A stretch of 64,000 bases of DNA from NCBI GenBank assembly GCA_026416195.1, contig JAOAFQ010000191.1:28719-92718 (forward strand), written 5' to 3'. Numbering within the stretch: the first letter of the stretch is position 1; every line of letters begins with the position of its first letter. Source of the DNA: Candidatus Aminicenantes bacterium. GTDB lineage: Bacteria > Acidobacteriota > Aminicenantia > Aminicenantales > CALLJL01. The translations under genes were made by a program, and so were the position numbers. Shown piece after piece: positions 50,773 to 59,601 of this stretch. A model generated the notes under the pieces. It did no database searches, was not told the DNA's origin, and saw only the letters and a program-made list of their open reading frames with translations.

Positions 50773-52734
50773 TTACTTTATTTTAAGCTTTTCCAGCAGG
50801 CTCTCGGGAATATGACCATCGACAGTCCATTCCTGAAGCGCGTAATAAGCATCGAGAATAGCTTTGTAATAAATAGGATCAACGGCTTGGCCAGCCTGCG
50901 GCCCACTGGTTAGAGGTTTGAGGAATTTAGGAGGAATAAAAGCATCATAAGCCCTTGTCCTTCCTTGATGTTGATTTATCCAGCGTTCTAAAACATAAAT
51001 TCGGCGGCCGCATTCTCTAAAGCTTTCTGGCGAGTAGCTAAATCCAGTCAAGGCCTCATAGGCTTCCAGAAAATCCGAAGAAAAGTAATCTTCAGGGAAA
51101 AAATCACAAAGCCCAAGAGAATCGGTTAGAGCTTTATTAATCTGCGAATTAATTACATAAGCAGCAATATCTTCAGCCCCGCTTAAACCTGCCTCTTCGG
51201 CCTGAATTGTCCAAGCATAAGTATGATCACCCCGGCCTCGATTCGAAGTACCATAGGCGGTAAACATGCCAGGAAAAACTTTAGGTTCGATACCCGCATA
51301 GCCAAGTCCAGCATAAGCAGTAGTAAAACAATAGACCAATTCTGCTGGACTTAAGTTAAAAGCAGCAATCAAATCAGCGATTATTTGATCAGTCGATTGG
51401 GCCAGAAGCTGACCTAAATCGCTCGATCTATAAGTAATTTCTTTGAGAGCTTTAATCATGCTCTCGACCTCACCAAAAATAGGCCCATTAGGAAAAGGCC
51501 ATAATCCCTTTTCATTAAGTTCCATCACGGCGGCCATGAGGCTTCCAAAGGTCATTGTATCAACGCCAAAATCATTACAGAGATGATTAAGATAAAAAAT
51601 GCCCTCACGATCGGTCAGGCAACAATTTATCCAGAGAGCGATGGTTTCAAATTCAGGTCGAATGCCTTCATGAGCATATGGCCCTTCTTTAACGCTCGCT
51701 GTTCTCGTACAAAGAATGTGGCGACATCGACTACAGACATTATGTTTTCCTGCTATTTCAAGAAAAGCTCGGGTGGAAACTTTTTCATAAAGTTGTGGGT
51801 CAAAATAGCCTTCATCAAAGTTATGCCAAGGAAGGTAGCCGCCAACTTTGCCCAAATAACCACCCCGAAAAGCTCGATCTAGCCACCAGGTAGTTCCAGT
51901 TTCAGGCCTGAATGAAACCGTCCAGTTAGGATCGGCCACATGGGCTTTAATAGCTTCATCAATTTTTCTAACCGCTTCTTTAAAGCGAGTTTCATCTTTG
52001 AAATTAATCTTTTTTTGACCTGAGGCGGTAATCGCTACGAGATTTTTTGAACCAAAGACCGCGCCTGCTCCGCCCCGACCAAAATTCCGGTGATAATCAG
52101 CAGTTAAATTGGCAAAAGCCACCTGATTCCACCCAGTTGGACCCGTAGTTAGAGTTGATGAACCTGGATATTTCTTTGTTAAATAATCAATAATTTGGGA
52201 AGTTGGTCGTAAGACCTTCTGGGCATTCTTTTTTTCAAAAAGCTCTTCTTCAGCCTCAATTATTTCAATCTTTTCTTCTTGAACGAGAATCCTTACAGGC
52301 TTGTCAGCTCGCCCATCGATAATAATTTGATCGACTCCGGCCCTCTTTAGTCGATTATGAAAATGGCCGCCGCAACTTGAATGAGTGATCAAGCCGTAAA
52401 TAGGGGGACAGTTTCCCAACCAGGCCTGGGCTAAGGGGGAAAAAGTCAAGGGACTGATAAAGGAACAGGAACCTCTACCGGCAGTTGGCAAAGAGGTATC
52501 GTTTAAACTAGAATTACCGATGACAAGCCGATTTTCAGGCGAAAGGGGATTTTTTAGCCAGCCAGTTTTTTGAAGATGCTGATAGATCAGAAAAGCCTGC
52601 AAGCCACGACCACCAATAAAAAGTCGGCAAACTTCAGGATCAGCCTCTTGCCAGGTGACTTGGCCAGTATTCAAATCAATAAAAGCCCATCGACCCATAT
52701 AACCAAAAAAAGAAGAAGTTCCCTTCATGATCAC
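50773..52734 (-). CDS. aor: Aldehyde ferredoxin oxidoreductase family (W/Mo-pterin)
   Basis: GYMGR, FIGGRG, GRGGAGAVFGSKNL, CSRCRHILC, PEFET, GVDT, TSNRGRGDH, DSLGLC. Confidence 0.87.
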   Translation of the reverse strand: MIMKGTSSFFGYMGRWAFIDLNTGQVTWQEADPEVCRLFIGGRGLQAFLIYQHLQKTGWLKNPLSPENRLVIGNSSLNDTSLPTAGRGSCSFISPLTFSPLAQAWLGNCPPIYGLITHSSCGGHFHNRLKRAGVDQIIIDGRADKPVRILVQEEKIEIIEAEEELFEKKNAQKVLRPTSQIIDYLTKKYPGSSTLTTGPTGWNQVAFANLTADYHRNFGRGGAGAVFGSKNLVAITASGQKKINFKDETRFKEAVRKIDEAIKAHVADPNWTVSFRPETGTTWWLDRAFRGGYLGKVGGYLPWHNFDEGYFDPQLYEKVSTRAFLEIAGKHNVCSRCRHILCTRTASVKEGPYAHEGIRPEFETIALWINCCLTDREGIFYLNHLCNDFGVDTMTFGSLMAAVMELNEKGLWPFPNGPIFGEVESMIKALKEITYRSSDLGQLLAQSTDQIIADLIAAFNLSPAELVYCFTTAYAGLGYAGIEPKVFPGMFTAYGTSNRGRGDHTYAWTIQAEEAGLSGAEDIAAYVINSQINKALTDSLGLCDFFPEDYFSSDFLEAYEALTGFSYSPESFRECGRRIYVLERWINQHQGRTRAYDAFIPPKFLKPLTSGPQAGQAVDPIYYKAILDAYYALQEWTVDGHIPESLLEKLKIK

Positions 52735-52759
52735 CTCTAAATTATTCTTAATCGTCGAA

Positions 52760-52788
52760 ATTATATCTCTGCTTCAAAAACTTAGCAA
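52760..52788 (-). promoter_or_regulatory. sigma70-type promoter of aor
   Basis: TTGCTA-17 nt-TATAAT about 25 nt upstream of the start codon. Confidence 0.6.
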
Positions 52789-52836
52789 AATTTTTATAGG
52801 CCGATAGGCTTATTATTAATAACTCAAGACCAAATC

Positions 52837-53763
52837 TTAAAGACTTAATTGACCTGGAAGTTTGGCAAAAAGCCGAGTTAAATCAATTCTTTTCAAGCCA
52901 CAGAGATATCTAGTCAATCTCTCTATGCCAAGGCCAAATCCGGCTGAAGGATAAAGGCCTCTTTTGGCAATTTCAAGGTAAGGAGAAAAATCTTCAGGCT
53001 TCATTCCCTTCTTTAAAATTCGATCGCAAATTCTTTCTAACAAATATTCTCTCTCCCCCCCTGAAAGAGCTTCGCCGTAACCTTCAGGATAAATTAGGTC
53101 CATATCAACGAGAATTCCCGGACGAGCCTCATCTTCCCGATCATAAAATTCGCGGCTCTCAATCGGAAAATCAAGCACCCAGATAGGTGAGGTTGAGGAT
53201 AGAGAGAGTTTTTCCTCAAAATCAGGACCAAATTGTTTTTCTGCTTCTTTGTAAGTTATGCGGGGAAAAGGCGATTTTGGAATGTCTAGCTGACGACCAA
53301 AAAACTCAAGATCCTCTTTACTCTTTTGTTTAACAGCCAAAACAATCGAGCCAAAAAGAGCCTCGCCTAAAGCGATAACTTCATCTCGCGTGGCCTCTTT
53401 TATTTCAAGATCAAGTTGAACAAATTCAATCAAATGCTTGCCCGAGTTTTGACGGTCCACAGCTTCGATGCGGACATTGGGCGAAAAACAAAAAATTCGG
53501 GGATGAGCCAAAAGAGCAATCTGCTTATGAAAAATCATGCTTTTAGTGATTTGATATTTGAAGCCATAGCATTCGATTTCTCCCCTCACTCGGTGATCGG
53601 TCAAAGGATCGGTTATTGACGAGATAACCACGGGTAAAATTTCTATAAAACCTTGAGAACGAAGAAATTCTCGGGATGCATCTAAAACTGTCGATTGAAT
53701 TCGCAGGGCTCGGCGAAGAGCCTCTGATCGCCATAAATCTAAAGCCTTATCAATGTCAAACAT
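52837..53763 (-). CDS. asnA: Archaeal-type ammonia-dependent asparagine synthetase A (AspRS/AsnRS catalytic core without anticodon-binding domain)
   Basis: ITDPL, TKSMIFHKQ, SPNVRIE, HLIEFVQLDLE, REFYDRED, GYGEALSGGEREY, SAGFGLGIERL; 308 aa, no OB fold. Confidence 0.87.
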   Translation of the reverse strand: MFDIDKALDLWRSEALRRALRIQSTVLDASREFLRSQGFIEILPVVISSITDPLTDHRVRGEIECYGFKYQITKSMIFHKQIALLAHPRIFCFSPNVRIEAVDRQNSGKHLIEFVQLDLEIKEATRDEVIALGEALFGSIVLAVKQKSKEDLEFFGRQLDIPKSPFPRITYKEAEKQFGPDFEEKLSLSSTSPIWVLDFPIESREFYDREDEARPGILVDMDLIYPEGYGEALSGGEREYLLERICDRILKKGMKPEDFSPYLEIAKRGLYPSAGFGLGIERLTRYLCGLKRIDLTRLFAKLPGQLSL

Positions 53764-53813
53764 AATAAACCTCCTCTCGGGTAATTTAACTTGAGGAATT
53801 GGATGACAAGTGC

Positions 53814-53836
53814 ACGTCCCCCTTAAAAGGGGACGT
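53814..53836 (-). promoter_or_regulatory. GC-rich hairpin overlapping the end of the Asn-rich leader ORF
   Basis: ACGTCCCC-TTTTAAG-GGGGACGT, perfect 8-bp stem with the leader stop codon in the loop; no U-tract after it. Confidence 0.75.
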
Positions 53837-53933
53837 TATTATTGTTAGCGTTGAAAAGAAGGATTGGACGAGAAGAAAAGCAGACTAATTTGGATTGAAG
53901 ATTAATTAATCTTTTTTTCTGCTTTTCTTTCAT
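53823..53933 (-). CDS. Putative Asn-rich leader peptide (36 aa) of asnA
   Basis: MKEKQKKRLINLQSKLVCFSSRPILLFNANNNNVPF*; codons AAC GCT AAC AAT AAT AAC; ends 59 nt before the asnA ATG. Confidence 0.7.
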   Translation of the reverse strand: MKEKQKKRLINLQSKLVCFSSRPILLFNANNNNVPF

Positions 53934-53941
53934 TATTTAAA

Positions 53942-53970
53942 TTTATATCACCAGGTCTAAACAAATTCAA
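53942..53970 (-). promoter_or_regulatory. sigma70-type promoter for the leader-asnA transcript
   Basis: TTGAAT-17 nt-TATAAA with extended -10 TG; 8 nt between the -10 box and the leader ATG. Confidence 0.65.
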
Positions 53971-54093
53971 GATCAATTTTTTAATTTTTCGACAAAGGAC
54001 CTATCTACTTGAAAAAATAAAATTGATTTTAAATAAAATTGGCCGTATTGAATTAAAGAATGATTCAAAGAATTGATTGAAAAGGAGGCAAAG

Positions 54094-56028
54094 ATGAGAA
54101 AAATTTTTTTCAATCGGCTTTGGCTGATAAGTTTGATTATTGGACTTATTTTCTATTTCGCTTCTTTTTTGGTGGCCAAAAATTCCAATGACCGAATAAC
54201 TCTCAATAGAGATAAATTGCTTACCATTGCCATTCAAGGACAAGTAGCGCATCCCCAACCATCTAGAAATTATCTCACGACTTGGGATGGAAAACCTAAA
54301 ATGGCCATTGGAATAGGTGGAATTAATTACAATCTAAAGTTAGGCCATCCAGTATTCGGCTGGGCTAATGCTGATCAAGCCACTATGGAAGTAGCTACCG
54401 AAGGGACCGGGGAAGAAAGATTTCGTGAAGCCTGGTTGATTTACTCGGCCGTGGGAAATAAAGTCCAAATTTTAAGTGGTGAGGCTAAAGGTGCCAATGG
54501 AATTGTTGTCGGTAAGTTTGGCAACTACGTTCTTGTCCATTTTGAAAACGAAATCAAAGAAAAATTGGCCATTGGTGATCTTCTCCAGATTAAAGCCACC
54601 GGAGTCGGTCTAAAAATTGAAGAATTTCCGGATATTTTTCTTCACAGTATCGCACCTGACGTTATTGAAAAAATGAATCTTCGCCGCCTTGGAAATCAAT
54701 TAGAAGTCCCAGTGGTTAAAATTATCCCAGCTGAGATAATTGGCCAGGGCGCCGGCCGCACCAGTCTTTATGGCCATTTTTGCCTCCAGACCTGCTATCC
54801 TCCAGATATCGAAAAATATGGACTTAAAGAACTCTGCTTTGGTGACCTTGTCTTTCTTGAAAATACTCAGAATGATTATGGTAAAGGATATTATAAAGGG
54901 GCTGGAACTGTAGGCCTCGTCTGCAGTGGCCCTAGTGACATTTCTGGGTTAGGCATAGGTGTGCTAGCCATTCTTTCAAGTCGACAAGGGACAATTCTCC
55001 CTCGAGTTGATCCTGAAGCTAATATTGCCCGTTATCTAGGGTTAAAGATTCCGAGAAAAGCAACCCTCTTTTCTAATTCAAATTTTTCTCCATCCGTCCT
55101 CTCAGACATAAAACAGACTTCATCTGACTCATCAAAGTCAAAGAACAAAATCAAAACCAATAAAGATCAGCTTTTGACTATAGCTGTAGAGGGGGTGGTT
55201 CAGCCGGCTGGCTTCGCCAGTGGACGCGGCTACACAACTACTTACGACGGGCAACCTAAGTTAGGCATAGGCATGGCTTCCATTAATTATACGGTTACTT
55301 ATGGTGATTCTACCTATGGTTGGGCTGAGGGAGATCATGTTGAACCAGACGTTACTATTCAGGGAAGGGATAGGGCTGTCCCTAGTGAATGCGCCTTGGC
55401 TATTCTAGCCTGTATTGGCAATGAGGCTCGAGTTTTAACTGGAGAGGCAAAAGGCGCCAAAGGAATCTTTATTGGCCGACATGCTGGGTCGGATGATCTT
55501 GTCTGGTTTCCGGCCGAAGTCAAAGATAAATTAGCCCTGAATGACCGAATTTTAATCAAAGCGCGAGGCGTTGGCCTTAAAATCCTTGGCTTTGAAGATG
55601 TTCGGATTAATAAAATTGATCCTGAAGCTCTTGAAAAAATTGGCCTAACGATCGAAAATGATCAGCTGGTTGTTCCTGTAGTCATGGAAATTCCAGGCCA
55701 TATCATGGGTTCTGGTATGGGTGGCTCTTTCCTCGAAACCATTGATTATGACATTCAAACCACCTGCCCCGAGACGGTGAATAAATACAATTTGAAAAGG
55801 CTTCGTCTCGGAGATCTAGTGGCGATCAAAGATCATTATAATTTTTATGGTCGGGGACGTTACCAAGGCGCCGTTACTATTGGGGTAATTATTCATGGTT
55901 TTAGCGATTACGCTGGCCATGGTCCAGGAGTTAATCCTATTCTCAGCGCTCTCCCTGGCCGAATAAAAACCAGAATCGATCCTCAAGCTAACATGGCTTT
56001 AATTCTGGGAATAAGGAAAAAATTGTAA
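54094..56028 (+). CDS. Secreted protein with two tandem DUF4438-like domains
   Basis: Signal peptide; internal duplication (NRDKLLTIAIQGQV..TTWDGKPK vs NKDQLLTIAVEGVV..TTYDGQPK); GDHVEP, DYDI, GHGPGV motifs in the second copy. Confidence 0.8.
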   Translation: MRKIFFNRLWLISLIIGLIFYFASFLVAKNSNDRITLNRDKLLTIAIQGQVAHPQPSRNYLTTWDGKPKMAIGIGGINYNLKLGHPVFGWANADQATMEVATEGTGEERFREAWLIYSAVGNKVQILSGEAKGANGIVVGKFGNYVLVHFENEIKEKLAIGDLLQIKATGVGLKIEEFPDIFLHSIAPDVIEKMNLRRLGNQLEVPVVKIIPAEIIGQGAGRTSLYGHFCLQTCYPPDIEKYGLKELCFGDLVFLENTQNDYGKGYYKGAGTVGLVCSGPSDISGLGIGVLAILSSRQGTILPRVDPEANIARYLGLKIPRKATLFSNSNFSPSVLSDIKQTSSDSSKSKNKIKTNKDQLLTIAVEGVVQPAGFASGRGYTTTYDGQPKLGIGMASINYTVTYGDSTYGWAEGDHVEPDVTIQGRDRAVPSECALAILACIGNEARVLTGEAKGAKGIFIGRHAGSDDLVWFPAEVKDKLALNDRILIKARGVGLKILGFEDVRINKIDPEALEKIGLTIENDQLVVPVVMEIPGHIMGSGMGGSFLETIDYDIQTTCPETVNKYNLKRLRLGDLVAIKDHYNFYGRGRYQGAVTIGVIIHGFSDYAGHGPGVNPILSALPGRIKTRIDPQANMALILGIRKKL

Positions 56029-56108
56029 ATAAATTCTCAAAACATATTACTTAACTACTAAACAATCTTATTTTTTTCTTATATTTAGTCAGTCATTTTT
56101 CAAAAAAA

Positions 56109-56741
56109 TTAGGGAGTCTCAATATATTTTTTAAGAGCGAGAAGCGATTTTTTTACTCTTTGTTTATATAATTGACGAATTAATAATTCTGCCAGTTTCC
56201 ATTTTGGCTTCAATTGACTTCCATAACGGGCTAGAGTTTTATTTCCTGGCCAAGAATAAAGTCGCCAAAATCCGCGAAATTCTTTTAAGTCATTTTCAGT
56301 TTCCAGGTCTAAAGTCCAATATATGGCTTTTATTTCTGGAAGATACCGATGATTAACCGTAAATTCAAGGTCAAGACCAAGAATTTCAATTTTAAAATAA
56401 ACTCTATCCCAGCTTTCTTCCCTTTTTAGACATTTAGCTTCTTTAATCTCAACAAGATACTCAGCTTGATTTTCAGGTTGACTAAGAAGGAGCCAAACTC
56501 TCTCTATCGGCTCATTGAGAAGAAGAGCCGCCGTGACAATTGTTTGCCCATCGCCTAAAATCAAGGGCTCTTCAGGAATTACAATTTCTTCAGCTAAAAG
56601 TTTCGCCTTATCTTCCGTAGACAAACCGCCAAGGCCATCAGGTCCAAAATCGGGCCATTCACTTGGCCACGACCATAGTGAAACTAGCCAATTCATCGCG
56701 ATTGAAAAAATAACCGCTCCCGGTATAAACATTTTGACCAT
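56109..56741 (-). CDS. SRPBCC/START-like (polyketide cyclase-like) protein
   Basis: PIERVWLLL..PE...EY, WTLD....NDLKEFRGFWRL, TLARY. Confidence 0.7.
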   Translation of the reverse strand: MVKMFIPGAVIFSIAMNWLVSLWSWPSEWPDFGPDGLGGLSTEDKAKLLAEEIVIPEEPLILGDGQTIVTAALLLNEPIERVWLLLSQPENQAEYLVEIKEAKCLKREESWDRVYFKIEILGLDLEFTVNHRYLPEIKAIYWTLDLETENDLKEFRGFWRLYSWPGNKTLARYGSQLKPKWKLAELLIRQLYKQRVKKSLLALKKYIETP

Positions 56742-56955
56742 TACAATATTTTTTTTAATAAAATTAAGCTTAGATTAGCAACCTTCAAAAGCTTGATCAA
56801 GATCAAACCTACTTAACTAGTTAAACTAGCAATTATTTTGATTAAGCAAAGGTTTTCCTTGCAATTATCCTTTTTATATTGAAATTAAAATTATTTTTAA
56901 GACTAAAAAAATTTTAAAATATCTGAACAAGCCGAAAAATTTACTGGAGGAAAAA

Positions 56956-59547
56956 ATGGTATTTTTTAGAAAAAGATTATATCTTCTTATCTCCAGCCTA
57001 GGGGTGGTCTTTTCCCTGTTTTCGCCAATCTCTTCCCTTCTTCTCTCACCAAGGCCCTATCATGAGAAATTACTTGTCTCCGGAATAACGGAACCGATCG
57101 AGGTAATCAGAGATAAATGGGGAATTCCTCATATTTTCGCTCGCAACGAACCAGACCTCTTTTTTGCTCAAGGTTTTGTGGCTGCTACTGATCGCCTTTT
57201 CCAGCTGGAGCTTTGGCGACGCCAAGCCACTGGAACTTTAAGTGAAGCTTTTGGGCGCCGTTTTCTTCAAACCGATATCGGCAATCGCCTTCTGCGCTTC
57301 CGAGGTAACCTGAAGACTGAATTAGATTTCTATCATCCCCGTGGCGAGAAAATCATTAATTCCTTTGTGGCTGGAATCAACGCTTACATTGATTACATTA
57401 AACAAAAACCAACCTTATTGCCTGATGAATTCCGTTGGCTGGGTTTTGAACCTAGCTATTGGTCTCCTGAAGAGGTTATTTCAAGACATAATGGGCTTTT
57501 CCGAAATGCTAGTGAGGAAATAGCCATTGCCCAGTCAATAAATTACTTAGGCCCCAAAAGAGTGGAGGTCCTCCTTCCTTTAAAGCCTCTAAAACCTGAT
57601 CTTTCTAAGGAAATTCATCTCGATTTATCCCTAATTCGAGAAGATATCCTTTCTCTCTATCGAGCGGCTCGTTCAGAAATTAATTTTTTACCATCTGATA
57701 TTGTCGATCCTGAGGTTAGGGCTAAGGCCCTTTTAAATTTCCCTGATCACTTTCAACTAATTTTCCTCCCTTCAAAGTTTTTCGTCCGAGGAAAAGATGA
57801 TGATTTAACCATTTTTTCGCTTAATCCTTCATCATTTAAATTTTTCCTGCCAATATTAACTAAACCCGATAGTTTAGTTGGCCAAACTCTGACTTGGTCC
57901 GATTTTTCCAATTTTAGCGGCAGCAATAATTGGGTTTTGGCTGGTTGGAAGACTATTTCTGGACAGCCCCTTTTAGCTAACGATCCTCATCGAATCCTTC
58001 AGATTCCTTCGCTTCGCAGCTGGGTCCATCTAGTCGCTCCGGGCTGGAATGTTATCGGTGGCGGTGAACCTGCTTTGCCGGGAATTGCCATCGGCCATAA
58101 TGACTATGGAGCTTGGGGCTTAACGATTTTTGCTACTGATCAAGAAGACCTTTATGTCTATTCGGCTAATCCAGAAAAACCGGATGAATATCTTTATGAA
58201 GGAAAATGGGAAAAATTAACAATCATTAAAGAAATCATAAAAATAAAAAATGAATCGCCGGTTGAAATCGAATTGAAGTTTACTCGGCATGGGCCAGTGC
58301 TTTATGAGGATCGCGCTAATCATCTTCTCTGGGCATTGCGTGCTAGCTGGCTCGAAATTGGCTGTGCTCCTTATTTAGCTAGTTTAAGAATTAATCAGGC
58401 CAAATCATGGAAAGATTTTCGTCAAGCCTGTCGTTTCTTTCGAACACCTTCAGAAAATCTTATTTGGGCTGATCGACAGGGAAATATAGGCTGGCAAGTC
58501 GTTGGCTTGGCCCCGAAAAGAAAAAATTTTACTGGTCTTCTCCCTGTTCCTGGTGATGGTCGCTTTGAATGGGAGGGATTTATTGACCCTTTTGAGTTAC
58601 CCTATGACCTTAATCCAAGGGAAGGCTTTATCGCTACCGCTAATGAATGCAATCTGCCGGCCAATTTCCCCTACCCTATAGGCTTTCTTTGGGCTGAACC
58701 ATTTCGCTCTCAAAGAATAAGGGAAGTGCTCTCATCTAAAAATAAATTTGATTTAAAAGATATGATTTCCCTTCAATTGGACGTTATCTCGCTTCCCGCT
58801 CGCCAGCTTGTAGCCCTTCTTAAGCCTATAAAAACAGAGAAAGAATCTTTAAAAAAGGCCATAGATAAACTTTTAACTTGGGATTTTAGTCTTAAGCCAG
58901 ATTCAGAGGAAGCCGCCCTTTATGTGACCTGGCAGCAGGCTCTTTTAGAGCGTGTCTGGCAGCGCTTTTTGCCAAAATCAGCCTACCGAGTTTTCCCTCG
59001 TCGCTCCCTTGAATTGACCATCAATTGCCTTCTCCATCCATCAGCTGACCTTTTCGGCTCTGAACCTGAAAAAATCAGAGATGAGCTTCTCCTGTCTTCG
59101 CTGGAGGAAGCTCTTAGTCAACTTCAAGAGAAATTTGGCACCGAAACTAACAACTGGGTATATGGACATGAAAAGTTTCATCATGTCCTCCTGCGCCATC
59201 CCCTAAGCCAAGCTTTGAAAGCAAAATGGCGATCAAGTTTGGATATTGGTCCTTTACCTCGAGGCGGCGACGCTAATACTGTTTTGGCAACTTCAGGTTT
59301 TAACCGTCAGACTTCTGGGGCTACTTTCCGACTAATTGCTGATTTAAGCAACTGGGATAATTCTGTCGGAACTAACTGTCCTGGGCAGTCAGGTGATTAT
59401 CGAAGCCCTCATTATGCCGATCTTTTTAAAGATTGGGCCGAAGGAATTTATTTTCCTATTTATTTTAGCCGAAAGAAAATCTTAGAAGCAGCCGAAAAAA
59501 TTATCCATCTTCTTCCTTTTAATAAATTAAATAAAGAAATGATTTGA
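56956..59547 (+). CDS. Penicillin acylase family (S45) Ntn-hydrolase
   Basis: RDKWGIPHIFA, QGFVAATDRLFQ, GSNNW nucleophile, LANDPH, TRHGP, PGQSG..SPHYAD. Confidence 0.93.
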   Translation: MVFFRKRLYLLISSLGVVFSLFSPISSLLLSPRPYHEKLLVSGITEPIEVIRDKWGIPHIFARNEPDLFFAQGFVAATDRLFQLELWRRQATGTLSEAFGRRFLQTDIGNRLLRFRGNLKTELDFYHPRGEKIINSFVAGINAYIDYIKQKPTLLPDEFRWLGFEPSYWSPEEVISRHNGLFRNASEEIAIAQSINYLGPKRVEVLLPLKPLKPDLSKEIHLDLSLIREDILSLYRAARSEINFLPSDIVDPEVRAKALLNFPDHFQLIFLPSKFFVRGKDDDLTIFSLNPSSFKFFLPILTKPDSLVGQTLTWSDFSNFSGSNNWVLAGWKTISGQPLLANDPHRILQIPSLRSWVHLVAPGWNVIGGGEPALPGIAIGHNDYGAWGLTIFATDQEDLYVYSANPEKPDEYLYEGKWEKLTIIKEIIKIKNESPVEIELKFTRHGPVLYEDRANHLLWALRASWLEIGCAPYLASLRINQAKSWKDFRQACRFFRTPSENLIWADRQGNIGWQVVGLAPKRKNFTGLLPVPGDGRFEWEGFIDPFELPYDLNPREGFIATANECNLPANFPYPIGFLWAEPFRSQRIREVLSSKNKFDLKDMISLQLDVISLPARQLVALLKPIKTEKESLKKAIDKLLTWDFSLKPDSEEAALYVTWQQALLERVWQRFLPKSAYRVFPRRSLELTINCLLHPSADLFGSEPEKIRDELLLSSLEEALSQLQEKFGTETNNWVYGHEKFHHVLLRHPLSQALKAKWRSSLDIGPLPRGGDANTVLATSGFNRQTSGATFRLIADLSNWDNSVGTNCPGQSGDYRSPHYADLFKDWAEGIYFPIYFSRKKILEAAEKIIHLLPFNKLNKEMI

Positions 59548-59601
59548 TCTTTATTTAAACCAATATTCACCTTTTATTAAGCAAAAGCTATAATAATATA
59601 A

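Noticed and set aside
53814-53836. Hairpin as a classical intrinsic terminator, T-box or riboswitch
   Set aside because: No U-tract on the asnA strand, and no T-box consensus or known aptamer core seen; retained only as part of the leader-peptide model
54001-54258. 85-aa minus-strand ORF upstream of the asnA leader
   Set aside because: Antisense to the DUF4438 gene start; no supporting signals
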